NCBI GenBank assembly: GCA_976226885.1
Contig: OZ320313.1
Coordinates: 115,258,001 to 115,322,000 of the forward strand
Length of the DNA: 64,000 bases
Direction: 5' to 3'
From: Iphione sp. A-MEVVRFRX5
Taxonomy: Eukaryota
Numbering within the stretch: the first letter of the stretch is position 1; each line of letters begins with the position of its first letter. This document shows, piece by piece, positions 28,401 through 41,461 of the stretch. The notes under the pieces were generated by a model. The model was not told where the DNA came from and made no database searches. It saw only the letters and a program-made list of their open reading frames with translations. Made by a program: the position numbers and the translations under genes.

Positions 28401-29899
28401 GGTATGTTTAAAAATGGTTTTGCAATGTTTTATGCCTTTGTGTTTTAAAGCATCTCGTGTATTTACCACTAGATTACGTAGTTAAAATGGTAAACATCCT
28501 AATGGGCCAACAATGTAACTTGATGCATACGAAGTCCTATGAATAAACCGTTTTCCGGGAAAGAAGGATGGACAACATGTATATTAAAGAAAGGAGCGTG
28601 TGTCAACCGCCTTTCAGAAAGAAGGTATCTATGGCCTGAAGTTAAATATGACGATGCACCCAAATACATGCCCATCATATCATTCAAACTATGGAATACA
28701 TGTGTTAGCTGGTGAAAAAGGCTGGCTGTAGATAAAACAAGAGTGTTGCATGATCTCGTTACGAGCACAAATCGGGCCTATACTTTTCACAATCTGTACT
28801 GGCTTTAGCTCTGATTTTTCCCCTCATTCGAACATAGTCATGAACATATATACACTCCCTCCTTCTCTATCAGTTAATGTACACGCGGGTTATTTTCACA
28901 ATATTGATTTTCGCAAGCATGAACAGCTATCTACATTTCAGCAAGGGACTAATACATCCAGGGTAGCCGACATTGCTGCATATCAGATATTCATTGGCAA
29001 GCTGTATTAAATTGTTACACTTTTTCATCAGGTTGTACAGACCACCGAGGACTAGAAACAAAATTGTACAGTTCCTGTGAGCAATAGCCTTTTAAATTGT
29101 GGAGATTATAACTCCCTCTACTATAGTTACTTCCATTTTGCTCTTGTCTTTATATTTCAGGTAGAAAATTAACATCTATTATGCTCAAGGCCCCTCAAAA
29201 ATGTCTGTGTTTCCGGTAAGATGTTGGAAAATACATCGGGTCTGGAAGTAGGTGTCCTTTTTCGTTCTTTACACACACATGTAAAAGTGAAAAAGCTAGA
29301 CAGTATTTCCTAGGCTTGGAAATATCACTCTACTGCTTAGATTTTAATGGAACTATCATATGAAAGCCAGTGACATAAGGTACCAAATGGTGCATTGTAT
29401 GAGTCTGTAGCATATTTATGCAAAAGATATGGGCAAAACAATTATGAAAATAGTTACAACAGGCCAAAATGTAGGGTCGGCTGGGCTATCAGAATTGTTG
29501 TTTCAAAATAACCTTTATCTACATATGCTTTCCCTATAAGGTCGTTGACATTAAAGAACCTGTGCATAATTCGTGGAAAGTAAACAAAGACGGCAGGGGT
29601 ACTACTTTATACATGCTTCACAACCTTCAATCTTGCCTTGACCTTTGTTTTTATCAAAGTTGTTTTGCTCGACGAGAAGAAAGAGCTCGAGGACCCAGTA
29701 TGGCTCTGCTTGGAGAGAGCTTCTGCTGTCGTGTTGTTGTGGGCTACTTAGATAACGATCTGTGTCTAGGAGGCAAGGATGCACCATATAGTCCTAGTAA
29801 GCAGCCTGTAGTGCGGTACACCGCCCATTCTATGGTCATAGAGGTTGGCAATGTGCACCAGATGCGGTGAAGGAAAGAGTAGGACCCGGCCGTGAGCCA

Positions 29900-29971
29900 C
29901 CCCGCCTCCAAAAACCTCCCAAGTGCCAACCCAATATGGGGACGGCTTTCCCTATCTCGAATGCCAATCAG
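29900..29971. promoter_or_regulatory. Intronic GC-box plus two CCAAT boxes
   Basis: CCCCGCCTCC at 29900-29909, CCAAT at 29931-29935 and GCCAATCAG at 29963-29971. Motif evidence only. Confidence 0.3.
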
Positions 29972-32296
29972 AATATTCAAATGGCAGCGGCGCCTGCTGA
30001 TTCATGTGGATGCACTATCTCACTTTTGTTAGCAGGAGCGCCTTTTTCGTGGCTTTAATCTTCATGGCGTTTGATTGCACGTGATTGCAGTGACTGATAG
30101 TGTGTTAGTCTGAGCGCGAGAAGCAACGATTAATCTTCAGAAATGATACGAATGATCATAGAGCAACGCAATCCCATTTTTCGGACATAGAGGAGTGTAT
30201 CATTTTCTCTTTTTCAAACACAATTATCGATATATCAGAAGATATGCGGACGATTTCAGGATGTTTTAAGTTGCTGCACTGGTCTGGGGCAGTAGCAAGA
30301 ACCTCATAATGTTTTTTGTATATATGTGCCTATGTCCATTTCATCACTTAGTATCCAATCTTCAGAGGACAAATATTGAAATGCAACCATCTCTGCCCTC
30401 CCAAGTAAACAGGTGGGCTGGTGCCTAATATGAAATCTCCTTCCAAAATGTAAGAACTTCAGACTACAGAGAGGAGTCTGTACCCATACAACTGGGTATA
30501 TCTATTCTCATATTTATATGTTAAACATTTGCCAGTGTTATCTCCTGCTGGTTCAAGGGCAAAGCACACACGTTACATTCTAGGTCGAGGCACGTTTGTA
30601 GGCAACGTGGCTGTCTTTGCTGACAGCAGGACATCCTTTCTCAGCCCTTCACCATACTTTCCTACGGACTGATTAGACAGCCTATGTGAAAAGCCTGGGA
30701 TACATAACTTGTTGAGGGTAAGAATGTTGAAGTTATCCTGAAGTCAGAGCGATAGGTAAAGGTCGATGCAAACATATCACCATGTATTAAGCGCTGAACA
30801 CTGTTTGCATACACGTCGCCCTAAAAGGAGGACCTCCGTGTTCCATTACACTGTTGTCAAACACATGCAAGTGGTGTCGGGAATATTGCCTGGGGATATT
30901 CCATCTCCAATTCTATTTTTGGTTGATTCAAGGCCTAACGTGTTGGGGAAAAAAAGATATCCCTTGGGTTTCCTCATAAAACGACGTTATATTTACAACA
31001 GAAGTATGTAGCGTTACCGGCGGATCTCTGAACACAAACCGGAATGCAGCCTCGGGGATAATTCATACCGGGATTTTAAATCTACTCTGTCTTGGCTCTG
31101 GCACAAAGAGAATGGAAACTAATGAATGTCTACCTGTCACCTGCACTAATATAAGTGGATATTTATTGTACTGTATTTCCCCAGTGGCACCCGTCTTCAC
31201 CTGGATACGGAGAGCTGAGAAGAACTTTCTTCTCTTCTTAACAGCAGAAGAAACTAAAGTGTAAATATTTATGGCTTACGCTTAAAAGTGAAAAAAATAA
31301 CTTCTTTTTCTATTATCCACGTGTTCATGGTATTCAGGTACTAGCCGGCGACCCAAGAATCCTATTAGCGTGTGAGGCAATATGCTCAAGAAGAAACTAG
31401 AATGTCTCTATCTTGGTTATTATCAGTCATATCGCTGCCTTTTACCATGGGTGTAAGACGTACAGGGACGTACACATCATCTGACTCATAGTAGCACGAC
31501 CTACATTTAACCACTTCCTGTCATGTGTACATTAAAAAAAAATCAGTAATCGATACCATTCCACATCGGTAATTGATTTTTTTGTTTTTTTACAATTATG
31601 CAATATATTTTACCTTTTGGGAAACCGTAACACTTCGTTAATGACACGTTTAAGGCTTTAGAAATGAGCTTGCAGCAGTGAGATGAAACTATTTCAATTG
31701 TTTTTTAGATATCATATTGATTGAGAAGGAGATGTCATGGTAACTCCCTCTATTATTTCCCCATGAGACTTGCAGTTTCACGGCTGTAACTTTTGGCCTA
31801 AGGGCATTTTCAGGATGCTGCTTCTGCGGAAAAGGTCAGTCCCAGATGCCACTGTCAATTAGCGGTCTTTAGACCTGTTTCTTTATAGGTATGGCCTCTA
31901 TATGTAATGTCTGTGACAGGTTCTTGACACTTTACATCAGAATAGACTGACACAGTGTGCATACAGAAAGCCATTTGGGTAAGACGTCGAGTGCCTTGAG
32001 GCTTATACCGAGTTGAATTACATATAGATATACACATTGAAATTGTACACATGTTAAACCAGTTTCCCATTATTTATGCCCAGGATATCCCCTTTAACCC
32101 CAACATCAGATTTCAAGATGGTTTTTCTAAATGAAAGTAAATCTATACGGTAACAGAAGACAGAAGAAGTAAACGTCTCGTTAAGGAAAATATGCAAAGT
32201 GCGATTTTTCATTTTTTGTTTTGTAAGTCCCCTACACGTACGTTCGAGAAGTCACGCCAAAAAACTGCGATAGCAACAGTCTGGTTGCATACTGAC

Positions 32297-32501
32297 CGAG
32301 GAAATTCCTGTTGGGCATGATCTCGGTGATGTTGATGTTACACGCGCCGCGGGGGATTGTGGCCACTTTGTTGTAGCCGTAGGGAAGCGAGCGGCGCGTA
32401 AAGATGCCGGAGATAATGTGGCATGACGTGTTGTCGCCTCCGCACACGCCGCATTTGTCGAAGCGAACCTCCGAATCCAGGACGCCATCGCACCCTACCC
32501 T
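32297..32501 (-). CDS. THSD4: ADAMTSL exon: C-terminal part of the cysteine-rich module and start of the spacer
   Basis: Acceptor ttcttctatttcAG (32502-32503) and donor TCG|GTCAGT (32295-32296); 205 bp, phase 0 to 1. It reads RVGCDGVLDSEVRFDKCGVCGGDNTSCHIISGIFTRRSLPYGYNKVATIPRGACNINITEIMPNRNFL, containing the diagnostic ADAMTS GCD...DKCGVCGGD motif. Confidence 0.96.
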
Positions 32502-34918
32502 CTGAAATAGAAGAAATAATGAACACCCGTTAACACTTCAGATGCAATTCCACTCTCTAGCTGACATGGTCAGAGCACCATTTACCGCCAACGCTTTTTT
32601 TTGCCCTGAATTATTCAAGAAAAATTTCATATATATTAGTGACAGCGTACCAGATGCTAATTTCTCGTCGAAATTTGGGAGTCCTATTAAAGCATATTAC
32701 GTAGATCCTATCGGTGGCCTTTACCAATTTCCCGAAACCCGACATCACTTAATTTAGTTTCAAAACATACTTGGGACGATAACGTGGTGAATCTATACGG
32801 GATCTACCTGTCAGAAATAGCGGGTCAAATCATTTACACGCCTTGATTTACTTCACGTTTCTCGTTCAGTAGATCACACACAAGGCAGAAAAAAAAACAA
32901 GAATCTATATACCTCATGAGTTTGGGAATGGGCTCTGAATGAAATCTTTTTCCAGCCCGTCCGGGACTTTTTGCCGGCAGCAGTGGAGAGTGCCGCGGTC
33001 GACAAAAACCGCAAATTGAATATGTTTTTTGGTATTCTCTAGGGTTGCGCGTGGCAATGGCGGGAGAGAAGCGGGAGAGTGTTCGCGTTTTTGTCGGCGT
33101 CGATCATGTATATACATTGCACTTCATAGCAACTCTCTCTCTCCCGGCGCAGTAGCCATATAAATTCTTCGTTGGGTATGTAAGTAGCTCCAGATTTTGA
33201 ATCCCCTACCAACCCAAGAGTCTCTCCAGTAAACAGACAAGCTAGGTAATAATAAACCTGACAGGTACCGTTTTTTTTCCTCACAGGTGTGGATGGAGGG
33301 AGGTACACATATAAATCCACGTGGGAGCACTTAGTGGCCATAAACCGAAACATGGGTGTCCCATATCTTAGGAACTAGGATAATATACGAAAAAGGAGGA
33401 CATATGTCATCATTCCAACGTATTTATATTATAAATGGATGTGTCGGCACCTGTCAATAGAGTAATACAATTAAGATAGACAGGACTTCAGGACTGTCAA
33501 GTAACCTGTACTTGTGGATGAAATCCGCATTTAGCGTGTCCTACTCGCTCGCCCACCTGCCTTTATCATACCAACAGATTCCTGTATATGTACAGTCAAG
33601 CATCGTTATTACGACTTCCATTAAATTGACATACTTATAGTACAAGTTTTACGATTTCTCCTACCTTTTGCTCCAGTGTGATGGCGTATTAGATATAGTA
33701 ACAATTGTTCTATGATAACAGCTGTCATTCTAAAGGGTTGTAACTGCACATCGGTATTGTATAATTTGGATTTTGGACCGAAATCGCCATGAGGTTCCTG
33801 AGTTCCTGCTTGAAAGGAGGGAAGGAGGGAATCACAGTGTGTGTACACATCAAATGATGGCAATCGTAATCTAATAGAATATTAAAGTTTACATGCTGTC
33901 AGAGTAATGATGTGACACATTACAGCCCGTCAGAGGTGACTTTGAAGAAGCCTGAAATACTACGAGAACTCACCAGACATCATAGCATAGACATGTACAT
34001 TTTTTCACCTTAAAGAGATAGACATGACCTCGTTTTGCACATTTATGTATGGGTGTGTATGTATGTCTTCAAACTAAGAGGCTCTAACTGTAATAAACAT
34101 TTTAGATATACACAGAGGCATACGTGAAGGTCAGCTCATCCCTAGGGAAAAAGAAGATTTTGGAACAAACAGGTTTCAAAGTGGCCGAAGGCACCTTGAA
34201 TGAACTATAGTATGGACTTTTTGAGAATATTGGCCTGAGCAATTGCTTGAGTTGACTGTAAAAAAAGACGTCATATAGAACATCTCTTTAACCAAGCCCA
34301 TAGCTAGCAGTGGAGATATAAAAGGCGTCTGTGTGACACACAGAGAACTACAGCTAACAGAGGAAGGATGTAAAACGTGCGTGATGATTTTAAGTCTTTG
34401 AATGGACAGATGAGATTGGGGGGGGGCAGTTTAGTGACTGAGCCAGTGTACGTGGAATGAACGTCCCCAAATCGACAAAAAACATTTGAGAACAACAAAG
34501 TAAACAAATTTGGTACGACCTATTCCCCTCACTGCCGAATTGCAGTCGGTAGTGATCTTTCACCAATCCCAGACATGATGTGTAAGGTTACGAGAGATAA
34601 CTCGTGAGTTGCCAAGAACCGAACTGATGATTGCTGGCATTGGAACGGTCAAAGCTATGGTCAATGGTCTGGCCTTGGGAATGGTCAAAGCGAATACCTG
34701 TCTACGTATACACAATTGCTAGTGTGAATCTTGTACCTGTCACCATATATAGTGAAATCGGGTGCGACAGAAGTAAAATCAGTTACCAAACGATATTATT
34801 GAGCGTGATTTCTGAGAGAAAAAGAAATGTTACCAGGCAAATAGGGAAATCGAGATGATGGTGTCTGTATAATTTTCAATATTGCACATAGGATAAAATA
34901 TGGTATCTAGTACCACAT

Positions 34919-34972
34919 AACACATACATACACACATACATACATACATACATACATACATACATACATACA
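34919..34972. repeat. (TACA)n microsatellite
   Basis: About nine consecutive TACA units preceded by degenerate units. Confidence 0.9.
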
Positions 34973-37900
34973 GGCAGAATCTTTATCGCGCACACAGACA
35001 CACCTTGCTGTAATCGGCTACGGACCAAAACGATGACAGCCATACAAAGAATGAGTCCTATGATATTTGGAATCCTCTGGGATTTTGATATACATGTATG
35101 GCACGTTTTGCTGCTATCACATGCAGATTTGAGTAAATGGTTGCAAGGCTTTCTAAGAAATATCTTCTTCCATCCATAGTATGGAACCGAGCATCGAACA
35201 TCTACACTCAAAATGAGGATCAAGACCGCCGGTAATTAGTAAGCTCAGCACTCATTTGGCAACTATTGCCTGTTGTGTTTGTCGCTGCCTATTTGCAAGC
35301 AAAGATATGCTGGTGGGCTGTAAAAGAATCGAATTCAATACATGTGACACTGACACGAAGGATAATTTGAGGAACTGGAATTTGAAGTCCAAATAAAGGA
35401 AACCACAAAGGGATGGTTCAAATTGTTAATTTATAAGCAGAACATTGACAAGTGTGATATAGAAAAAATGGAAATATTGTTCAAAAATATAACATCATGA
35501 GTCCATAAGGTGTAAATAGATGTATGATATCATAAAACCTAAAATGGTAATGGCAGAGTCTAACGTCACTGTTAAATATTTCGCAATATATTAAAGGCTT
35601 GCATTTATTTTTAATGCTGGTAGATGGACATGCATGGTTACAAAATGATTAAAACTTTTTCATCTTATTGGAGCCTGTGGTAACTAAACACTGAATTAAA
35701 TGTAAGACAATACATGGACTCTCCTGTTAGAGTGGAAGTTAGAGTACAAAACCAAATAATCACTTCGGAAATATTGGATACTCACGAGGGCTATGATGAC
35801 AAATTAAAAGGAAAGCAAACACAAGCCGATCCCAAGAACAGAGACACGTCAACAGGCCAGAGTAGCAACTGTATCTTATTAGGATGAATATCCGTTTTGC
35901 ACCCGTTTATGAATTTAGCATGAATGAGCTTCCAATTACACTTTCATGGGAATAATAATGGACCACGTTTAGAAAAAAAAACGCTTACAGAAGAGAGAAT
36001 GCTTCCTGCAGTAAAATTTCTTAGAAATACGAAGAACAATGGATTATAACCCCCTTTCTTTTGAAAGAAAACCTCCTTTCCTGTCTGACACGCACACACA
36101 CAAATGGTATGAACAATTCAAATTTCTAAAATGCGCAGCCCAGTATAAAGAGTTAAGAGATCACATCCTTTAATCCATGAACCTAATGGCTGGCAAGAGT
36201 TGAAGCAGGAGTTTGGGCACAGGTGAGCTAACCTCGTGTGAGAGGGCCGATATTCATGGATAAGTCAAGCACAAGTGTGGACAAGTATACCCTGCCGACC
36301 TTTCCTCAGCTCGGCATTGGTGTCAATTCAGACAGAGCACGATCCTTGCCCTGGATGAATGCGATAAGGTAAACGCCACCAACCCGGAGGGGCTAAGTTA
36401 GAGTTGGGCGTTACGGTGTTGTGGGCGGGACAGAGTGTGTGTGTACGTGTGTGTACGCGCTTGGAAGGTAAAGAGGCATGGAAAAAAGTTCGAGGCAAAA
36501 ATGACAACAGACAACACAGAATTCATAGGGGAGACTGCACCATGCCCGGTTCGCGCAGGCCACCTCGAGTTTCATAAACCACGAAGGCTATGGGGACGAT
36601 TTTAAAAAGAAGAGGACAACAAGAGAAGGCCCTCGCCGCTGTGGTTATGGTGATGTGTTTGGATCAGCGCGAGACCTCCGTCTGGCCTGCCGTAGATGGT
36701 ATGCCAATTGACATTACAGCACATATTAAACAATGTCTGGGTCCCGGTGATTCTGATCTGGTATTTATTGAATGTGGGACATGAGCGTGCGAGGTCGGAT
36801 CGGCCAAGTTAAAAACGCATTTGTCGCTTTGGCCTCCATGGGAGAGGAGGTAAAAGGAATAGCTGTAAAAAGAAACCTTGGCCCCAGTTGATGTTTTACC
36901 GAGATACTGGGTCTCTCTGTACAAGAGACAAGTGCTCTTCTCCGCAGTCATCCTTATGGTTAGATTGCAGAGGACAGCGTCTGTAAGACTACAAAGAAGG
37001 ATCATGTGTACTGTTCATCCGAAAATGACTGATGTGATGTTCCTTTAGATAATAGACCTCGGTTACAAGTAGCCTCAGTAGCCTTAATGTGAAAAGGCTT
37101 CTACTGTGCAGAGAGCATTCCATAGCACTTGCTATCGACAGCTAAATGTTGAACGAGGAGAACCAGACCCACGTTGGTTTGACTCGTAAACTCCTAAATG
37201 ATACAAGTTATTTGTGTCAAATCATTAATTCGACTGAAGACATTGAAATACGAATATCTCCTTTGTATCGTGAAAACGCAGGATTCAGTCCAGGGCTCAA
37301 GGGTGTTCCTTACTTGCAGATATATAAACACCTCGCACGCGGTTTGTCTGCATACTTGCTGGGATATAAGATAAAATGAGGATAAGAGGAGTGGAGCCTT
37401 TCAGTGTGATTGAGGAAAGGAGAATCCAGCCTTCAGGAGGGAACATGTTGTTAGAAAAGCCGCAATAGAGAAGCTAAGATAGCCGCGGGCTTTATACTAA
37501 GATTATTTGCAGTACAAAGTTGGCTGTATTGAATACTGGAGCATAAAGGAGGAGAGATCCACACCTGACGGCGTTTGACAGACAGACAAGAGAGAGAGAG
37601 ATATTGGGTTGAAAGTATCGCAAATCCTGGCTCGGGGATTTACGTTGTAATGATGGTTCTGTCATCACTAGTCACGTGGGCTCTGCTTAGCCATTGTGAA
37701 CACAGTAAGATTGGATTCCATCCTACTCCGGCTCTTTCTCCTTCTCATACATTCACGTAATGCAATGTTGCACATTTCTGCCGAATGATTCAAATCACCA
37801 GTTTCAGAAAGAAAAAAATTACAGGAGAGGGGACTTTCCTAAATGAGGAAATACTGCAAGTAACCGAAAAGGAAGCGAAGTTCGGAAAAGAGCAGTTTTC

Positions 37901-40900
37901 ACATAAGTGTAATTTCCTCGGATGGCGTTCATTCTATTTACACTGCACATGTTAAACATTTGGCAGTGTTAGTCCTATACAGTATTCGCTATGGAGGATA
38001 TGGCCGTCTTGGAAATATTTTCATTACAAGAAACATCTACTCCCATTAACACTGGGCAACCTTTCTCAGCACTCGTATTAATATGAAAAATAACCAAATT
38101 GAGTAAGAAAACATGCTTTTAACCAAATTGCCGTGTACATCTACTGCAGTCAGCTAAAGCGGAGCAGGCTACTTAGAGTCGACCCTTTTAATGACGACGG
38201 CCAAGAGAGACTCAGTGAGCGCAACATGCAACGCAGCCGCTTCAAGCTTTCTACTGCTCCTGTCTCGGCAGCCACATAGATTATCCGGAAACGTTCAATA
38301 TCTCCAAACCCATTGCCTTTCATACTGACAGACAACACACTGCTCTACTCGGATAGTTTGTTCACTTCACTGGTCGAAAATGTCCTTTTCACTGGGCAGG
38401 AGAATACACCAAATTCGTTTAGTGTTAAAATAGCGGCGGAATGTAGCTGTGTAGCGAGTGTAGATAAAAATTGTATAATTTCCATTGATCAAATTGAAGT
38501 TCTGCAAATTCTGGATGAAATAAATACATTTTATGTAATAGTCCACTGGAAAGAAAGAAATAAAAAAAAGTCTGCAGGTGGCTGGATCACCTTCATTAAG
38601 TCTGAACAAATCACGCATATTTATAATCGTTTTGTTTGATTACTGTGCAAGGAAGGGTAGGAATTTAACTCGTCGTGTATATTACTTGCAGCATCAATTT
38701 GTGCACGGGTCCAATATACATGTACATGTATGGCAAACTCGTGTGTGCATCAGACAATCTATACTGTTGATCTGATTGAGAAACGATCAAACCGGCGATG
38801 GTTGGAGGCTATAGTTGGTATCGTTTTTGGCCAGCTTCACAGATCCGATACTGGAGCTGTGTACTTCTCCCCTGGAGGATTCCACGACCCTGCATTGGAG
38901 GTGAAAGCCTTGTGAGTCCCACTGCCCCTGTAGGCTGATTCGTCCTCCTGCACCTCCCACTGGGACACATCTTCTTCGTCGCCCTCGTCCCATTTCTTTA
39001 CAACCCAATAACCCAGTGACCTTCGGTGGAAACAATTAATCAAGCCAAAAGATGTTGCTTGCAATGAATCGGACCGCCTCCTCTAGGACTCCTCCAGCTA
39101 GAGGGAGCCTCCCTCCCTATCTGCTGCTATTTGTCAAACGACTCCTTTTGTAAGGGGCCTTTCGATCAGCCAAGAACAGACGTGATTTTGTCTTGTTTAC
39201 GGAAATTGGGTGGCATCCAGCGAACACTCTGTATTGACTTAGCAACTCCGGTTCCCTGTGTGACTTATCAGGAACGTCAAACTGGATGAAACTTAGCTAA
39301 GTCTACCAATAATCACCAATCTATATCTTCACTGAGCATGCATACAACTGTTACTTTTCGTAATACGGACACTCCAACCTCGACACTAAAACGGCTAATA
39401 CATCTTTCGATGTAGTGCATTTAATCCAACAACACTGACAGAACTATATGTACAACAACAAAAAGGCAGCATTGAGTGTCTTTTGGTCTGTCTGTTGCAA
39501 ACCACATCTACAGGTAGGTACCTGAAACTTCCCTTGCATAAACACAAGGAAGCACTTGCATTATGGCGAAACCGAATAGGCAGAGAAAGCAGGCCTCGCC
39601 TGCCTGCACCAACCACAAATTCAATAAAGATGAACACAAGATTAAGACGGTTCCTCTCGTGAAAGGAACGGGAGAGTATTAGGCAGGGATCAGCCGTACA
39701 AGTTAGCTGCCTCTGCAGGAAGGTTCAACGGCAAAGTTATAAAACATTTTGTGATGCCAGCCGGAATTCTTCGTAGGACATCCACTGAAATGGGATGCAT
39801 AGTTCTTTGAACTAGAGACCACGAACATCAGATCCTAATGGCACGTGGGGACATCACTTCTTCGGATGAAATGACCTGGAACTAAGTCCGACTTATTCTG
39901 TATAAGGTCAGATTTCCCAAGAGAACTATAGAACGCCGGAACGGTACAAGGCAGGGGGGCCATATCCGCCTCGTCAGACAGGTTAACATACAAACTGTAG
40001 TTAAGTACTGGGTGTAATTCCGTTTTTCGGGAGATGAACCTCGTACCTAGTATGGGGCCGAAATGCCTTTCCGTACTTTAACGTAAAATTGCTGAGCTCG
40101 TCATGTAGATATTGGCACTCTACATGGCAGGCCAGGTGAAGTGTTGTGATTCTACACATATAGATATTAAAAGTCATGTGTTTAATGACCTATAGATGCC
40201 ATTAGGGAGTACATGTATATATAAACAGAGTGCTTCAGTAAGGAATCAGAGTGAGCTGATTAAATGGCAACCATTATGAGCTTTACATATACATGTATTT
40301 ACGGTTTTGGCCTTGCAGCTGTCACATATTTCTGTATGCTCATAGACCATGATTTATAAACGTATTGAATATAATGGACACAATGACGCCTACCAACCAA
40401 ACCAATTGGCTTCATGGCTACACATCTATAAGCATAATGACTGGAGACATGGGTAGGGAGTTTGCACATTCTGTATCCTGTTTTGTTTTGTATGGCATGG
40501 CTCCATATCTGACACGATAAATATATCTACATGGAAAACCTGCATAAAATCTTGCATCGGGAACCTCTAGCCCACTAGCGTTTATCAGTAGAGGCAGTCA
40601 GTTTGTAGTCGACGGCAGCCTCTCTCCTACTTAGCAACCTATTCACGTAATATTTCTCCTGGACCAGCAGAGAAAAGCCTGTATTGAAGTGTACTCTCCA
40701 AGAAAAATAGAAGGTGGAGCACAGTAATTATAGCGAGGTGGTATTTACGTAGGCTTCAGTCGGGCAATCAACAGTAACAAATAGCCAGAAAACCAATCTC
40801 AGAACCTGCACTGAATCGTTGTGTTTTTTTTGCTTGAACCCTCATCTCTAACGTGAACGACTTGAGTAATGCCAGTTAAGACTATCCCCGTGTTACTCAC

Positions 40901-41132
40901 CCGGAATGGCCCAGTCTGAGTAGGGAGAGACCCACGCTCCACGAAAGGGGTCTGCAACCAGGGCTGATCTAGTCAGTCCACATAGAACACTGCACCCTGG
41001 CGGGTATCAGTGGCACCAGTCTTCACATTCAACTTGGAAAAAGAGGTACCGTAAGAGACCACTCTTTAAGCTTTTCTGATGAAAACCGGCAAGCGATCTT
41101 CTCCCATTATAAAACCTCAAATCTGGAATTTT

Positions 41133-41158
41133 GGTCGGTAGGGGAGGTCGGTAGGGGA
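41133..41158. repeat. Perfect 13-bp tandem duplication
   Basis: ggtcggtagggga twice (41133-41145, 41146-41158). Confidence 0.85.
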
Positions 41159-41376
41159 GAGAACGTCTGGGGAAGCCAATGTGCGTTCGGCTGAGGAAAC
41201 ACCCACCTTGAATAGGAGTGCTATTCTGGCAGAAGATGGCAAACAAATGTGTCTGTTTACGGTTCTTTTCCATATCTGCGTGTGCATGCGTGTGCGATGG
41301 GTGTTCACACATAACCACAACGCATGAATGTAGGGAGGTTTCCACTCTCTGCATTACAACTTGTATGTTGTGTTGT

Positions 41377-41461
41377 GAGTAAAATACGAATTTGCGGCGA
41401 GTTCGGCGAGTAAAATACGAATTTGCGGCGACTTTGGGAAGTAAAATACCGATTCGCGCCA
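41377..41461. repeat. 31-bp-period minisatellite, 3 units
   Basis: gagtaaaatacgaatttgcggcga exact at 41377 and 41408; degenerate aagtaaaataccgattcgcgcca at 41439. Confidence 0.85.

Noticed and set aside
32252-32526. Alternative-frame ORFs 32252..32488 and 32338..32526
   Set aside because: Out-of-frame shadows of the GC-rich ADAMTSL exon.
36900-36983. Minus-strand exon-like segment DAVLCNLTIRMTAEKSTCLLYRETQYL
   Set aside because: Phase 1/1, so incompatible with the flanking phase-0 junction; no ADAMTS homology.
41377-41461. CRISPR-like appearance of 24-nt repeats
   Set aside because: Only 3 units with 7-nt linkers, a eukaryotic intron context and no cas genes; it is a minisatellite.
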